Below are positions 9,003 to 21,813 of a stretch of DNA of 64,000 nucleotides, piece after piece; position 1 is the first letter of the stretch, and each line of letters begins with the position of its first letter. The stretch lies in assembly GCA_965214605.1 (NCBI GenBank), contig OZ243961.1, forward strand, positions 2,592,001-2,656,000, given 5' to 3'. The position numbers were made by a program, and so were the translations under genes. This DNA is from an uncultured Candidatus Binatia bacterium (GTDB lineage: Bacteria; Desulfobacterota; Binatia; Bin18). The notes below the pieces were generated by a model. The model did no database searches. It was not told the DNA's origin and worked only from the letters and a program-made list of their open reading frames with translations.

Positions 9003-10424
9003 ATGGATCGGGTATGGGAAAACGTATTGGACGTTGTTGAGGAAAAGATTGGGAAGACCAACACTGAGACCTGGCTGAAACCAACCCGTCCGATTGGACT
9101 GCGAGGGGACACTTTTCATCTGGAAGTTCCGAGTCCACTGTTCCGTGAGTGGCTCCTCAGCAATCTCCTTGAACCGCTTGAAGCCTCGCTCACCTCTGTC
9201 CTCGGCCAAACGGCGCAGGTGATGATTCACGTCAACAGCGGTCAGCAGGGCGAGCTGTTTCCGGCCGATGATGACGCGTCAGCCGGAGTCCAAGATACGG
9301 GTCAAGACGCGGCGGACGCCAAGGACACCTCTCAGCCGACTTTCAAATCGATTCCGCAGGTAATCAAAAATAAAGCGCGTCCGACCAAGAAAAACGGGCT
9401 GTTGCAGAGCTTTACCTTCTCTAGCTTTGTGGTTGGAGGTGGTAATCAGTTTGCCCACGCTGCGGCCCGGGCGGTAGCCGATCATCCTGGCAATCACTAC
9501 AATCCGCTGTTTATCTATGGAGGGGTTGGACTGGGCAAAACGCACCTGATCAATGCCATCGGGCATGAGAGCTTAGTCAAACAGGGCAAGAGCAATGTGT
9601 TTTATTTGTCCTCTGAGTCTTTTACCAATGAGTTGATTTCTCACATCCGTCGGGACCGGATGGATGACTTCAAAACGAAGTTTCGCCAGGCTGATGTGCT
9701 GATTGTTGACGACGTCCAGTTTATGTCTGGTCGAGAGCGGACCCAAGAAGAATTTTTTCACACGTTCAACACCTTATACGAGTCTCATAAACAAATTGTG
9801 ATCACGTCCGACAAGTTTCCGAAAGAAATTCAGGGCCTGGAAGAGAGGCTGCGCAACCGGTTTGAGTCTGGTCTGATCACCGATATTCAGCCGCCCGATC
9901 TGGAAACGAGAGTAGCAATTCTGCAAAAAAAGGCCCAGGCCAGAAAGATCAGGGTTTCGTCCGAGGTCGCGCTATTTATTGCCTCAAACATCACTGCCAA
10001 CGTCCGGGAACTGGAAGGCGGACTGAATCGGCTTGGCGCCCTCTCAAGTATGAATAAGATGCCTATTACGGTCGATTTTGCCCGCCAGGTTTTGCATAAC
10101 CTCGTCAAGGATAAGGGTCCAAAGGTGACGATCGAAATGGTCCAGCAGGCCATCGCCGAATACTTTGACGTGCGAATAAATGACCTGATCTCCAAAAAAC
10201 GGACCAAACTAGTAGCTTTTCCCCGTCAGGTGTCCATGTACTTATGCCGGAAACTGGCCAATGCCTCCTATTCGACGATCGGCATTCGGTTTGGTGGCAA
10301 AGATCACACCACCGCCTTATACGCCTGCAATACGATCGAAAAACGCCTCAAAGAGAACGAAGAGCTCCGCTCTATCCTGGACCGGATTGAAAGCACGATC
10401 TACGGCCAACAGGTCAAGGACTAA
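9003..10424 (+). CDS. dnaA: Chromosomal replication initiator DnaA
   Basis: YNPLFIYGGVGLGKTHL, IVDDVQF, QEEFFHTFN, GGKDHTT. Confidence 0.98.
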   Translation: MDRVWENVLDVVEEKIGKTNTETWLKPTRPIGLRGDTFHLEVPSPLFREWLLSNLLEPLEASLTSVLGQTAQVMIHVNSGQQGELFPADDDASAGVQDTGQDAADAKDTSQPTFKSIPQVIKNKARPTKKNGLLQSFTFSSFVVGGGNQFAHAAARAVADHPGNHYNPLFIYGGVGLGKTHLINAIGHESLVKQGKSNVFYLSSESFTNELISHIRRDRMDDFKTKFRQADVLIVDDVQFMSGRERTQEEFFHTFNTLYESHKQIVITSDKFPKEIQGLEERLRNRFESGLITDIQPPDLETRVAILQKKAQARKIRVSSEVALFIASNITANVRELEGGLNRLGALSSMNKMPITVDFARQVLHNLVKDKGPKVTIEMVQQAIAEYFDVRINDLISKKRTKLVAFPRQVSMYLCRKLANASYSTIGIRFGGKDHTTALYACNTIEKRLKENEELRSILDRIESTIYGQQVKD

Positions 10425-10460
10425 TACACCCTTCGGTCCCTGCTCTAAGCCCCTGAAACC

Positions 10461-10596
10461 TGTGGATAACTCGCGAATAATTGTGGATAACTCGCGAATA
10501 ATTGTGGATAACTCGCGAATAATTGTGGATAACTCGCGAATAATTGTGGATAACTTAGGGGGGGGTGTGAATAACTTTTAGGGGGGGTGTGAATAA
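10461..10596. repeat. 21-bp tandem repeat of DnaA boxes
   Basis: TGTGGATAACTCGCGAATAAT x4 (10461, 10482, 10503, 10524), further boxes at 10545, 10566, 10588. Confidence 0.92.
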
Positions 10597-10720
10597 GTAC
10601 CTGAGTTATCCACAGGGGGTGTGAATAACTTTTCCTTTAAAATCAATGACTTAAGTGAGTTATCCACATATTCACATTCCCTACTACTACTAGTCTTAAT
10701 ATATTTATATATTATAAAGA
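10461..10720. promoter_or_regulatory. oriC unwinding region (dnaA-dnaN intergenic)
   Basis: ~11 DnaA boxes; IHF consensus AATCAATGACTTA 10641-10653; overlapping boxes TTATCCACATATTCACA 10660-10676; DnaA-trios CTACTACTACTA 10681-10692; AT-rich tract 10696-10718. Confidence 0.88.
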
Positions 10721-10744
10721 AGAAGAAGAGAGGGCAGGCCCGAC

Positions 10745-11974
10745 ATGGAATGTCTGGTAAAAAAAGCGGACTTATTGCGTTGTTTATATCTGGTACAGGG
10801 CGTGGTCGAGAAACGTTCCTCACTGCCCATTCTCGCCCATGTTTTGCTTGAGGTAACGGACAAACAGGCCAACGCTGAGGCAAGTGCTTTGTCGCTTGGT
10901 GCTACCGATCTTGAGGTCGGAATCCGACAACACTGTAAAGCACGTGTCAAGCAAGCAGGCGCGATTACCACTGACGCGCGCAAGTTGTATGAAATTGTCC
11001 GTGAGCTGCCGAGTACGGGCAGCGGCTCCTCCGACCCAACCGTTATCACACTGCGATCAGCCGGCAGTGGCTGGATAGAGGTCAGCAGCGGAACATCTCG
11101 GTTCAGGATGGCTAGCTTGGATCCTAAAGAGTTTCCGGCCATCACCCCCGCTTTAGAGACGAACAAGGATACAACATCTACAGCTGCGTCGTGTCAGGGC
11201 AAAGTCTTGCGGGATATGATTGAGAAAACGCTGTTTGCCACCTCGCCAGATGAATCGCGTCTCAGTCTAAGTGGCGTGTCTGTCGAAGCCCTCGACTCGG
11301 GTAAGCTGCGGATGGTGGCCAGTGATGGTCATCGTTTGTCGCTGATCGACCGTCAGGCCAACATATCCGACCTCTCAGCCTGGCCTAAAGTCATTCTGCC
11401 CCGCAAAGGGGTGATTGAGGCCCGCAAGATCCTGGAACGGAGTGAGGGTGAGGCTCGATTCTCAGTGCAGGGCACGACGGCAGGGCTACACGCAAAGACT
11501 GCCGACCTGTCGGAGTCTGAGGACTCGCCTGAGCAGAGCACGACGACGGAAACCACCGCGCTGTCGATGCGACTGGTTGAGGGGAAATTCCCGGATTATC
11601 AGCAAATTCTCCCCACCGAGCAAAATGTTGTGATTCCTTTCTCCCGCGACGCGTTGCTGAGCGCGCTGCGCCGGCTGCTGATTCTCACTACCGAACGGGC
11701 GCGCGGGATCAAGATTGAGGTCGAATCGGAGAAAGTCGAAATCTCGGTCAATACCCCCGACCTTGGCGAGGGGGTTGAGCAGATCGCAACCGACTACCGC
11801 GGAGACCGCATAGCCGTCGGCTTTAACGGACGCTATCTGGTGGAGGCCTTGTCCGTGATGGGGGATGGGCAACAGATTACACTGTCGCTCACAGACGAGA
11901 TGAGTCCGGGCTTGCTCAAAATGAACGATGATCCGGACTTCTCCTATGTGATTATGCCGATGCGCATCTTTTAA
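10745..11974 (+). CDS. dnaN: DNA polymerase III beta sliding clamp (with loop insertions)
   Basis: LPILAHVLL, GATDLEVG, ASDGHRLS, LVEGKFPDY, GFNGRYL, YVIMPMR. Confidence 0.95.
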   Translation: MECLVKKADLLRCLYLVQGVVEKRSSLPILAHVLLEVTDKQANAEASALSLGATDLEVGIRQHCKARVKQAGAITTDARKLYEIVRELPSTGSGSSDPTVITLRSAGSGWIEVSSGTSRFRMASLDPKEFPAITPALETNKDTTSTAASCQGKVLRDMIEKTLFATSPDESRLSLSGVSVEALDSGKLRMVASDGHRLSLIDRQANISDLSAWPKVILPRKGVIEARKILERSEGEARFSVQGTTAGLHAKTADLSESEDSPEQSTTTETTALSMRLVEGKFPDYQQILPTEQNVVIPFSRDALLSALRRLLILTTERARGIKIEVESEKVEISVNTPDLGEGVEQIATDYRGDRIAVGFNGRYLVEALSVMGDGQQITLSLTDEMSPGLLKMNDDPDFSYVIMPMRIF

Positions 11975-12106
11975 TTTTTCGAATCCGATGGGATTATGCC
12001 AATAGGCATCTTTAGATTTTACAAAAACGTTTTAAAATCTCTATTTTATCCTGCCTACGAGTTTACTTCGCAGCCAGAAAATGCTACAAAGCAAGCAGAA
12101 AAATGA

Positions 12107-14548
<2,442 letters not shown>

Positions 14549-14575
14549 CCCTTTCCCCAAGACTTTCTGACTGTC

Positions 14576-17056
14576 ATGGAAGAAGCGCAGCATCCACACG
14601 CTGTCAACATCGAACAAGAGATGCGTCAGTCCTATATGGACTACGCCATGAGCGTCATTATTGGGCGGGCGCTGCCCGACGTCCGAGACGGTCTCAAGCC
14701 TGTTCATCGACGCGTGCTGTACGCCATGTCCGCCCTGGGCAACGACTGGAACCGGCCGTATAAAAAGTCGGCCCGTATCGTCGGTGATGTGATCGGCAAA
14801 TACCATCCGCACGGAGATACCGCGGTCTACGATACCATCGTGCGCATGGCCCAAGAGTTCTCGCTGCGCTATCCCTTGGTTGACGGACAGGGAAACTTTG
14901 GATCGATTGACGGGGACCCGCCCGCGGCCATGCGCTATACCGAAATTCGCATGACCCGTATGGCCGCAGAGCTATTGACAGACATTGATCGAGACACGGT
15001 TGATTTTATCGCCAATTACGACGATTCAAGCCAAGAACCTGTCGTTCTGCCGGCTAAACTTCCAAATCTGCTCATTAACGGCTCGTCGGGCATTGCGGTC
15101 GGCATGTCGACCAATATCCCGCCTCATAATCTGGGGGAAGTGGTCAACGCGCTCGGGGCCCTGCTCAAGGACCCGACGCTGAGCAGCAGCCAGCTCATGC
15201 AGTATGTCAGGGGGCCAGATTTCCCAACCGGCGGGTTTATTTATGGTCTAACTGGCATCCGGAAGGCGTATGAAACCGGCAAAGGCATTATCAAAATACG
15301 GGCCCGGACCTCGGTTGAGGAAAATAAGCGAACGGGCAAGAACAGCATCATTGTTGAAGAAATTCCGTTTCAGATCAATAAAGCGCGCCTGGTTGAACAC
15401 ATTGCCGACCTTGTCAATGAGAAGCGTCTTGAGGGCATCTCCGATCTGCGCGACGAGTCGGACCGCGAGGGCATGCGGGTCGTCATTGAGCTCAAAAAAG
15501 ACGCCATTCCCGACGTCGTCCTCAATCAGCTCTACAAGATGACCCCAATGCAAGACTCCTTTGGGGTGATTCTGCTGGCGATTGTTGAGGATCGCCCGCA
15601 ACAGCTGACGCTCAAAGACAGCCTGGTCCATTTTTTGAGCCATCGTCGGGCCGTGGTACGGCGACGGACCGCTTTTAATCTCGACAAAGCCCAACAACGT
15701 CTGCATCTGCTCGACGGACTGAAGATCGCCCTGGATAACCTTGATACGGTGATCCGGCTCATCCGTAGCGGCGATAATCCGGTGAACGTGCGCCGCCAGC
15801 TCGGCGCACGCTTTGCGCTGAGCGAGATCCAAGCTCAGGCTATTCTGGATACGCGATTGCAGCGCCTCACCCAGCTGGAGCAGGGAAAAATCGTCGCCGA
15901 GCACGCCGAGACGACCACATTGATCCACAAGCTGGAGAACATTTTGGCCGATCCGAGCGAAATTGACGCGCTCATCGGTCAGGAATTACAAGAGATCAAG
16001 ACACGCTTCGCCGATGAACGCCGCACAGAGATTATCGCTGCCAGTGCCGAGCTGTCTGTTGAAGACCTGATTGCTGAAGAGGACATGGTCGTCACCATTT
16101 CCCATGCCGGCTATATCAAGCGTACTGCGGCCTCGCTGTACCGCTCGCAGCGGCGCGGGGGACGCGGTATTGTGGCGGCGACCACACGTGATGAGGATTT
16201 TGTCGAACACCTGTTTGTGTGTTCGACCCACGCCTACCTGCTGGTTTTTACCTCCTTGGGGCGGGTCCACTGGGTGAAGGTACACGAGATTCCGCAGGCC
16301 AGTCGGGCCTCAAAAGGCAAGGCCATCATCAACCTGTTGCCGCTTGGAGCCGAGGAAACGATCTCTGCCTTTCTCCCCGTGCGTGAGTTCAAGCACGACA
16401 TCTCCGTCATCTTTGCCACCCGAAACGGCCTGGTCAAAAAGACCGATCTGATGGCCTACTCCAACCCGCGTCAGGACGGCATTCTTGCCATATCCTTGAA
16501 GAATAACGACGAGGTTATTGGCGTGCGGCTGACCAGTGCTGAGCAGGAGATTATGCTGTCGACTCGGCGTGGCCAAGCCATCCGCTTTTCCGAGCATGAT
16601 ATCCGTCCAACCGGCCGGGTTACCCAGGGAGTGAAGGGGATCCGTCTGAAGGCGGGCGACGAAGTGGTCTCCCTGGCCGTTCTTAACCCTGACGAAACCC
16701 TGCTGACAGTCTCGTCTTTAGGCTACGGCAAGCGTAGTAGAGTGGACGAATACCCGCTACAGTCGCGGGTTGGTACGGGAGTCATCACTATGCGGACGAC
16801 CGACAAGACGGGCGAAGTCGTTGGCGTGTGCCAGGTGACCGACGAGGACCACCTCATGCTCATCGCCGATGGCGGCCGGGTTATTCGGCTACGTATGCGG
16901 GAGTTGCGAACCATCGGACGCTCCTCCCAAGGGGTACGGCTGTTTGATCTTGACCCTCAGGAGCGGGTCGTCAGTCTCGCTCTGCTGGCAGAAGACGAGG
17001 AAGAGGAGGACACTAAGCAGATCGAAGCTGAGCAGGGCAACGGCCGACAAACATAG
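14576..17056 (+). CDS. gyrA: DNA gyrase subunit A
   Basis: [22 protein letters not shown], GyrA-box QRRGGRG. Confidence 0.97.
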   Translation: MEEAQHPHAVNIEQEMRQSYMDYAMSVIIGRALPDVRDGLKPVHRRVLYAMSALGNDWNRPYKKSARIVGDVIGKYHPHGDTAVYDTIVRMAQEFSLRYPLVDGQGNFGSIDGDPPAAMRYTEIRMTRMAAELLTDIDRDTVDFIANYDDSSQEPVVLPAKLPNLLINGSSGIAVGMSTNIPPHNLGEVVNALGALLKDPTLSSSQLMQYVRGPDFPTGGFIYGLTGIRKAYETGKGIIKIRARTSVEENKRTGKNSIIVEEIPFQINKARLVEHIADLVNEKRLEGISDLRDESDREGMRVVIELKKDAIPDVVLNQLYKMTPMQDSFGVILLAIVEDRPQQLTLKDSLVHFLSHRRAVVRRRTAFNLDKAQQRLHLLDGLKIALDNLDTVIRLIRSGDNPVNVRRQLGARFALSEIQAQAILDTRLQRLTQLEQGKIVAEHAETTTLIHKLENILADPSEIDALIGQELQEIKTRFADERRTEIIAASAELSVEDLIAEEDMVVTISHAGYIKRTAASLYRSQRRGGRGIVAATTRDEDFVEHLFVCSTHAYLLVFTSLGRVHWVKVHEIPQASRASKGKAIINLLPLGAEETISAFLPVREFKHDISVIFATRNGLVKKTDLMAYSNPRQDGILAISLKNNDEVIGVRLTSAEQEIMLSTRRGQAIRFSEHDIRPTGRVTQGVKGIRLKAGDEVVSLAVLNPDETLLTVSSLGYGKRSRVDEYPLQSRVGTGVITMRTTDKTGEVVGVCQVTDEDHLMLIADGGRVIRLRMRELRTIGRSSQGVRLFDLDPQERVVSLALLAEDEEEEDTKQIEAEQGNGRQT

Positions 17057-17101
17057 AGTGCGGTCTGTCGAACAGGCCAGGCTTAAGACACAGGAGGACA
17101 T

Positions 17102-17572
17102 ATGAGCATACAGGTTGGGCAAAACGCCCCGGATTTTACCCTCAAGACGAGTAAAATGCAGGATTTCGCCCTGAGCGAACAGAAAGGCAAGAAAAACGTG
17201 GTCCTGCTCTTTGTTCCGCTGGCCTTTACCGGTGGTTGAACAAACGAATTTGGCTCCGTGCAAGCCAATCTCGACAGTTTACAGAACGATGACACGCAGG
17301 TTGTCGGCATCAGCGTTGACAGTCCGTTTTCTCTAGACGCGTGGGCCACCAAAGAGGGCTATGAGTTCCCGTTGCTGAGCGATTTTAATAAAGAGGTCGC
17401 CGCCGCCTATGACTCCCTCTATCCTAAGCTGTTAGTGTTCAACGGGGTGGCCAAACGGACGGCTTTTGTGGTCGACAAAAATGGCGTGATCCAGTACGCT
17501 TGGCTGAACGATGACCCAGGGACGCTGCCCAATCTTGACGAGATCAAAGCCTGTTTGCAGCAGTTGAGCTAA
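17102..17572 (+). CDS. Peroxiredoxin (AhpC/TSA, AhpE-like), probable selenoprotein (UGA codon 46)
   Basis: AGGAGG RBS, ATG 17102: MSIQVGQNAPDFTL...VLLFVPLAFTGG-TGA(17237-39)-TNEF, in frame with ORF 17258-17572 (GISVDSPFS, FPLLSDF, KRTAFVVDK). Confidence 0.88.
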
Positions 17573-17574
17573 GT

Positions 17575-17868
17575 CTAGCTAGGCGGGCGGCAGTTTCCGA
17601 CCAACTTGAAGCCGCCCGCGTTAGACTGCTGCGGACGCTTCCAAAAAACCGGAAAAACGATCAGGCTCAGGACCGCCCAGCCCCCGCAGATCAGGCCGTA
17701 GAGCGTCCACAGATTTTTGGAAGATCCGTTTTGACTGGCGAAGATCCGGCACACGATAGCATCAAGCACATGAATAAAGACAGCGGTATGGACCAGCCGC
17801 TGAAAATCAATATCAAGGGCGAGAAACCGCAGACCAGTAAAATATCCGAGAAACACCTCAACATTCAT
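17575..17868 (-). CDS. Small hypothetical membrane protein
   Basis: MNVEVFLGYF...WTLYGLICGGWAVLSLIVFPVFW hydrophobic; fills the gap between flanking genes. Confidence 0.5.
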   Translation of the reverse strand: MNVEVFLGYFTGLRFLALDIDFQRLVHTAVFIHVLDAIVCRIFASQNGSSKNLWTLYGLICGGWAVLSLIVFPVFWKRPQQSNAGGFKLVGNCRPPS

Positions 17869-17890
17869 CCATTTCTTCCTTTTGCGCGCA

Positions 17891-18232
17891 ATGGCTGAAG
17901 AGAAAACATTATTTGAGAAGCTCTGTGAGGTTGGCGAAGAAAACCTGACGCGGTTTGTTGAAGAGATTCGCTCTAGTCCGGTTTTTGCTGAAGGGGTCGA
18001 CCATACCCTGCGGAACGCGGCGGAAACCAGGGAAAAATTTGACCAGAACATAGCCGCCCTTCTCTCCCTTCTCAACCTCCCATCTAAGGCTGACTACAAC
18101 CGGCTGGTGGAACAGGTGGAAACCATCCATGGCAGTGTGGTGAATCTGAATATCAAGCTTGACCGCCTGCTGGCCGCACAGAAAAAAAAGACGCGTCGGA
18201 CCGCAAAGAAAAAGTCCGATGCCAAACGCTAA
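17891..18232 (+). CDS. Hypothetical helical protein, phasin/PHA-granule-associated-like
   Basis: LLSLLNLPSKADYNRL...KLDRL plus Lys/Arg-rich tail. Confidence 0.5.
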   Translation: MAEEKTLFEKLCEVGEENLTRFVEEIRSSPVFAEGVDHTLRNAAETREKFDQNIAALLSLLNLPSKADYNRLVEQVETIHGSVVNLNIKLDRLLAAQKKKTRRTAKKKSDAKR

Positions 18233-18244
18233 GCCGTCCGTTGA

Positions 18245-19312
18245 ATGCGCATGAACCCTCACCTGCTGCCTATCTTTTTGGGGCTCAGTCTGCTCCTTTT
18301 GGCCACATCAAGCTTTGCTTGGGACGAGACACGCTTTGCCCAGAAAAAAACCAAGGCCTACTCCTATGCGCCGCCCAACGGCACGAGAGATGGACGGACA
18401 AAAACGATAATCGGCTCTCCGCGCACGTATACGGTTCAGACCAAAGACACTCTGCTCGACATCGCTCGCTACTTTGATCTGGGTTTTAACGAGATCCGTG
18501 CCGCCCATCCAGACCTTGATCCCTGGCTCCCCCCGGTGGGGCAAGAGATCAGCCTGCCCACCTTCTGGGTACTGCCCAAAAGTCGCTCCACCGGAGTCGT
18601 CGTCAATATTCCGGAAATGCGTTTGTACTATTTCCCGCCCCAGATAAAAGACGAGTGGCTCGTGGTGACCTATCCGGTTGGACTTGGCCGGGAAGACTGG
18701 CCGACACCCCAAACGCCGTTCCGGATTCGGGGCAAAACGGCTAACCCAACCTGGGTGATTCCCGAGTCTATTCGACAAGAACGGATCAAAGAAAAGGGCT
18801 GGTCGGAAACCAGCCTGCCGGGTGGGTCGCCAGACAATCCGCTGGGGAAGTATCGGCTGGAATTGAGTCTGTCCCAGGCGTCCGGCGCGTATGCCATCCA
18901 TGGTACGAATAATCCCTGGGCAGTCGGCAGAATGGTCACCCACGGCTGTATTCGGCTGTATCCCGAAGACATTGAGCGCTTCTTTGACCTCGTTCAGGTT
19001 GGTAGTCCTGGCGAGCTGACCTACCAGCCGGTCAAGATCGGGATACAAAACGGACGGGTCTATGTTGAAGTCCACGCCGATATTTATGGTCTGGTTAACG
19101 ACCCGTGGGGAGACGCCCAGCGCGTTGTTCAGGACAGCGGTTGGGCCCACCTTGTTGATCCGGTCTTGCTCGTGCAGGCGCTGCGTGAGCAGTCCGGTGT
19201 TCCGGTCGATGTGACGGCCACAGACGGGGTGGTCTCCCTACCTCAGCTTGGGGAAACAAGCGGAGGGAGAGGTGAGCAACAGTATGGAGTGCAGAGTACG
19301 GACCCAACATAA
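18245..19312 (+). CDS. L,D-transpeptidase (LysM + YkuD)
   Basis: LysM YTVQTKDTLLDIARYF, VVNIPEMRLYYF, AIHGTN, THGCIRLY. Confidence 0.9.
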   Translation: MRMNPHLLPIFLGLSLLLLATSSFAWDETRFAQKKTKAYSYAPPNGTRDGRTKTIIGSPRTYTVQTKDTLLDIARYFDLGFNEIRAAHPDLDPWLPPVGQEISLPTFWVLPKSRSTGVVVNIPEMRLYYFPPQIKDEWLVVTYPVGLGREDWPTPQTPFRIRGKTANPTWVIPESIRQERIKEKGWSETSLPGGSPDNPLGKYRLELSLSQASGAYAIHGTNNPWAVGRMVTHGCIRLYPEDIERFFDLVQVGSPGELTYQPVKIGIQNGRVYVEVHADIYGLVNDPWGDAQRVVQDSGWAHLVDPVLLVQALREQSGVPVDVTATDGVVSLPQLGETSGGRGEQQYGVQSTDPT

Positions 19313-19679
19313 AAACGACGTAGTTGATCTGACCCGGCAAATCGAGGAGTTCGTTCGACAGGCCGATATTGAGCAGGGGCTGTGTCATGTCTATGTGCCC
19401 CATGCCACCGCTGCGATTATTGTCAATGAAAACGACGATCAGCAGATTGGCCAGGACTTGCTCAAAGCTCTCGATGGTCTCATCCCCGAAGGCATCTGGC
19501 TGCACGATAAGGTTGACAAAAATGGCGCGTCTCATCTAAAAGCGACTATCCTGGGTCCAAGTGAGACCATTCCCGTCCAACGGGGCCGCCTGGCACTCGG
19601 TACCTGGCAGGCCATTATGCTGGTAGATTTTGACGGACCGCGTGACCGGACGGTCATTGTTACCCTCACCCGAGCCTAA
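19284..19679 (+). CDS. yjbQ: YjbQ (UPF0047) family protein
   Basis: PHATAAIIVNEN, NGASHLKA, LGTWQAIMLVDFDGPR. Confidence 0.9.
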   Translation: MECRVRTQHKNDVVDLTRQIEEFVRQADIEQGLCHVYVPHATAAIIVNENDDQQIGQDLLKALDGLIPEGIWLHDKVDKNGASHLKATILGPSETIPVQRGRLALGTWQAIMLVDFDGPRDRTVIVTLTRA

Positions 19680-19683
19680 AGTC

Positions 19684-20379
19684 ATGGTACGGTCAATCAA
19701 AGACTGGCCGGAGTCGGACCGCCCCCGAGAAAAGCTGATCGAAAAAGGCCCCGGTTCTCTCTCTAATGCCGAACTGCTGGCCATCATCCTGCGGACCGGA
19801 AATGCCAGCAGTGGACAGACCGCGCTCGACCACGGCCGCGACCTCGTCCAACAGTTCAGCGACTCCTTCCGCCGCCTGGCCGAGGCCAGCATAGCGGACC
19901 TGTGTCAGGTCAAAGGCATTGGTCCGGCCAAGGCCGCCCAGATTCAGGCGAGCCTGGAAATCGCTAGACGGTTTGCCAGCAATGAGATGAGACAGGGCGA
20001 TCAGTTCCGCTCTTCGCAGGATGTCTTTTCCCACTATCAGGAGCGACTGGGCAGTCTCAAGAAAGAAGAATTCCACGTCCTGCTGCTGGACGCCAAGAAC
20101 CGCAAGCTTAAAGATGTCCGCATCTCAGAGGGATCCCTGACCTCATCCCTGGTCCACCCCCGCGAAGTCTTTGTCGCAGTGGTTCGCGAGTCCGCGGCCG
20201 CGGTGATTCTGATCCACAACCACCCTAGTGGTGATCCGGCTCCGAGTCACGAAGATCTCCAGCTAACGAGGCGCTTACGAGAGGTTGGCGAGCTTATGGG
20301 CGTCCACGTCCTTGACCATCTGATTATCGGGAAAGGCCGCTATGTGAGTTTTGTGGACGACGGCTATTGGGAGGCATAA
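19684..20379 (+). CDS. radC: RadC-family JAB-domain protein
   Basis: RPREKL, ELLAIILRTG, GIGPAKA, VHPREVF, HNHPSGD, LDHLIIG. Confidence 0.93.
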   Translation: MVRSIKDWPESDRPREKLIEKGPGSLSNAELLAIILRTGNASSGQTALDHGRDLVQQFSDSFRRLAEASIADLCQVKGIGPAKAAQIQASLEIARRFASNEMRQGDQFRSSQDVFSHYQERLGSLKKEEFHVLLLDAKNRKLKDVRISEGSLTSSLVHPREVFVAVVRESAAAVILIHNHPSGDPAPSHEDLQLTRRLREVGELMGVHVLDHLIIGKGRYVSFVDDGYWEA

Positions 20380-20387
20380 CAAACGAG

Positions 20388-21233
20388 ATGGGTCTCAACC
20401 GCGCGCTGGTCGGCAAACAGTATCCGGCTCAGGACTACGGCGTTACGGCTGAAGCTGTGCGCAAATACGCCAGAGCTTATAATGAGGATAACCCGCTCTT
20501 TTTTGACAGTGGCTGCCCCTCCGGGGTGCTTGCTCCGCCGATGTTCGGGGTAGTGACAGGCTGGCCGTCGGTTATGGCGGTGGTGACCGATGGCCAGCTT
20601 AACGTCGATGTGCTGCGGCTCCTGCACATCGAGCAGGATATTCGCTTTGTACTCCCCGTTGTATCGGGCGACATTATTACGAGCACGGCGCGCCTGGTGA
20701 GCATTGAGGACAAGACGGGCGGTGAGGCGCTCATGCTTGAGGTGGACAGCATAAACCAGCGCGGACAGGCTATCCAACACATGCGTTTTGGAGCCTTTAT
20801 CCGGGACAAACAGCGCCGGGGAAGAGGGCTTGAAGCCTTTGGGCCGTCACCTCAGACTCAGCCGCTCCTACGCGCAGAGCAGTCCATCGACCCTGATCAG
20901 ACCTTTCGCTATGCCGAGGCCTCAGGCGACCATAATCCCATCCACCTTGATGATCAGGTCGCCAGAATGGCCGGTCTGCCGGGGATTATCGTCCATGGTT
21001 TGTGCACCATGGCGTTTACCTCAAAAGTGGTGATTGATCACCTGTGTGATCATGAGCCGCGACGCTTAAGACGGCTGCGCGCGCGTTTCTCACGCCCCGT
21101 CTTTCCGAGGCAGACCATTACCACAGCCGTGTGGCAGTCCGATCAGCAGACCGGCATCTATATCTACGAGACGTATAATCCGGATGGAAAAGCGGTCATT
21201 AAGGACGGAGTTGCCGAAATTGCTCCGGCCTAG
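20388..21233 (+). CDS. Double hot-dog MaoC-family dehydratase
   Basis: [30 protein letters not shown]. Confidence 0.85.
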   Translation: MGLNRALVGKQYPAQDYGVTAEAVRKYARAYNEDNPLFFDSGCPSGVLAPPMFGVVTGWPSVMAVVTDGQLNVDVLRLLHIEQDIRFVLPVVSGDIITSTARLVSIEDKTGGEALMLEVDSINQRGQAIQHMRFGAFIRDKQRRGRGLEAFGPSPQTQPLLRAEQSIDPDQTFRYAEASGDHNPIHLDDQVARMAGLPGIIVHGLCTMAFTSKVVIDHLCDHEPRRLRRLRARFSRPVFPRQTITTAVWQSDQQTGIYIYETYNPDGKAVIKDGVAEIAPA

Positions 21234-21667
21234 AACGGCACGTCATCATCGTCCGATTGGGGCGCTTGCCCACTCAAGCCCTCATAGCTCCCGCCTGAAT
21301 CAGCGGACTCGTACTGTCCGGACCGGCCCTCACCTCCCCTAGTACTGAGGAATTGGACTCGTTGGGCGATGATCTCGGTAATATAGCGTTTGTTGCCGTC
21401 TCGGTCTTCGTAGCTGCGGGTCTGAATTCGGCCCTCAACATAGACCTGTCCGCCTTTGGAGAGATATTGCCCGCAGGATTCGGCCTGCTTGCCCCAGACA
21501 ACGATATTGTGCCAATCGGTGCGTTCTTGGCGTCCGTGTTCCTGGTCTACCCAGGAGTCTGTCGTTGCCACTGAAAAGTTGGCCACCGCGCGTCCGCTTT
21601 GGGTAAACCGCACCTCTGGGTCTCTGCCCAGATTGCCTATAATAATCGCTTTATTTACCGCAGCCAT
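21230..21667 (-). CDS. ssb: Single-stranded DNA-binding protein
   Basis: [15 protein letters not shown]-terminal DDDVPF. Confidence 0.97.
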   Translation of the reverse strand: MAAVNKAIIIGNLGRDPEVRFTQSGRAVANFSVATTDSWVDQEHGRQERTDWHNIVVWGKQAESCGQYLSKGGQVYVEGRIQTRSYEDRDGNKRYITEIIAQRVQFLSTRGGEGRSGQYESADSGGSYEGLSGQAPQSDDDDVPF

Positions 21668-21813
21668 GGAGTGTCCCTCCTTACTTCAAAGCCTACCAGC
21701 CGCCTCTTTTCAAATCAAGTGGGAAAGGGCGGCGGGCAGACCCCTTGGCCGCGACGTCCGTTGCCGAGCGCCCGGGGCTTGCGTATACTCCGCTACATGG
21801 AGGGTATTGCACT

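Noticed and set aside
10461-10560. CRISPR array, iteron or coding repeat (ORF 10261-10581 VDNSRII repeats)
   Set aside because: Head-to-tail 21-mers without spacers that each contain a DnaA box; the peptide is a by-product
19684-20379. radC as a marker of a mobile element
   Set aside because: Full-length housekeeping-type RadC among core genes; no integrase, transposase or att sites seen
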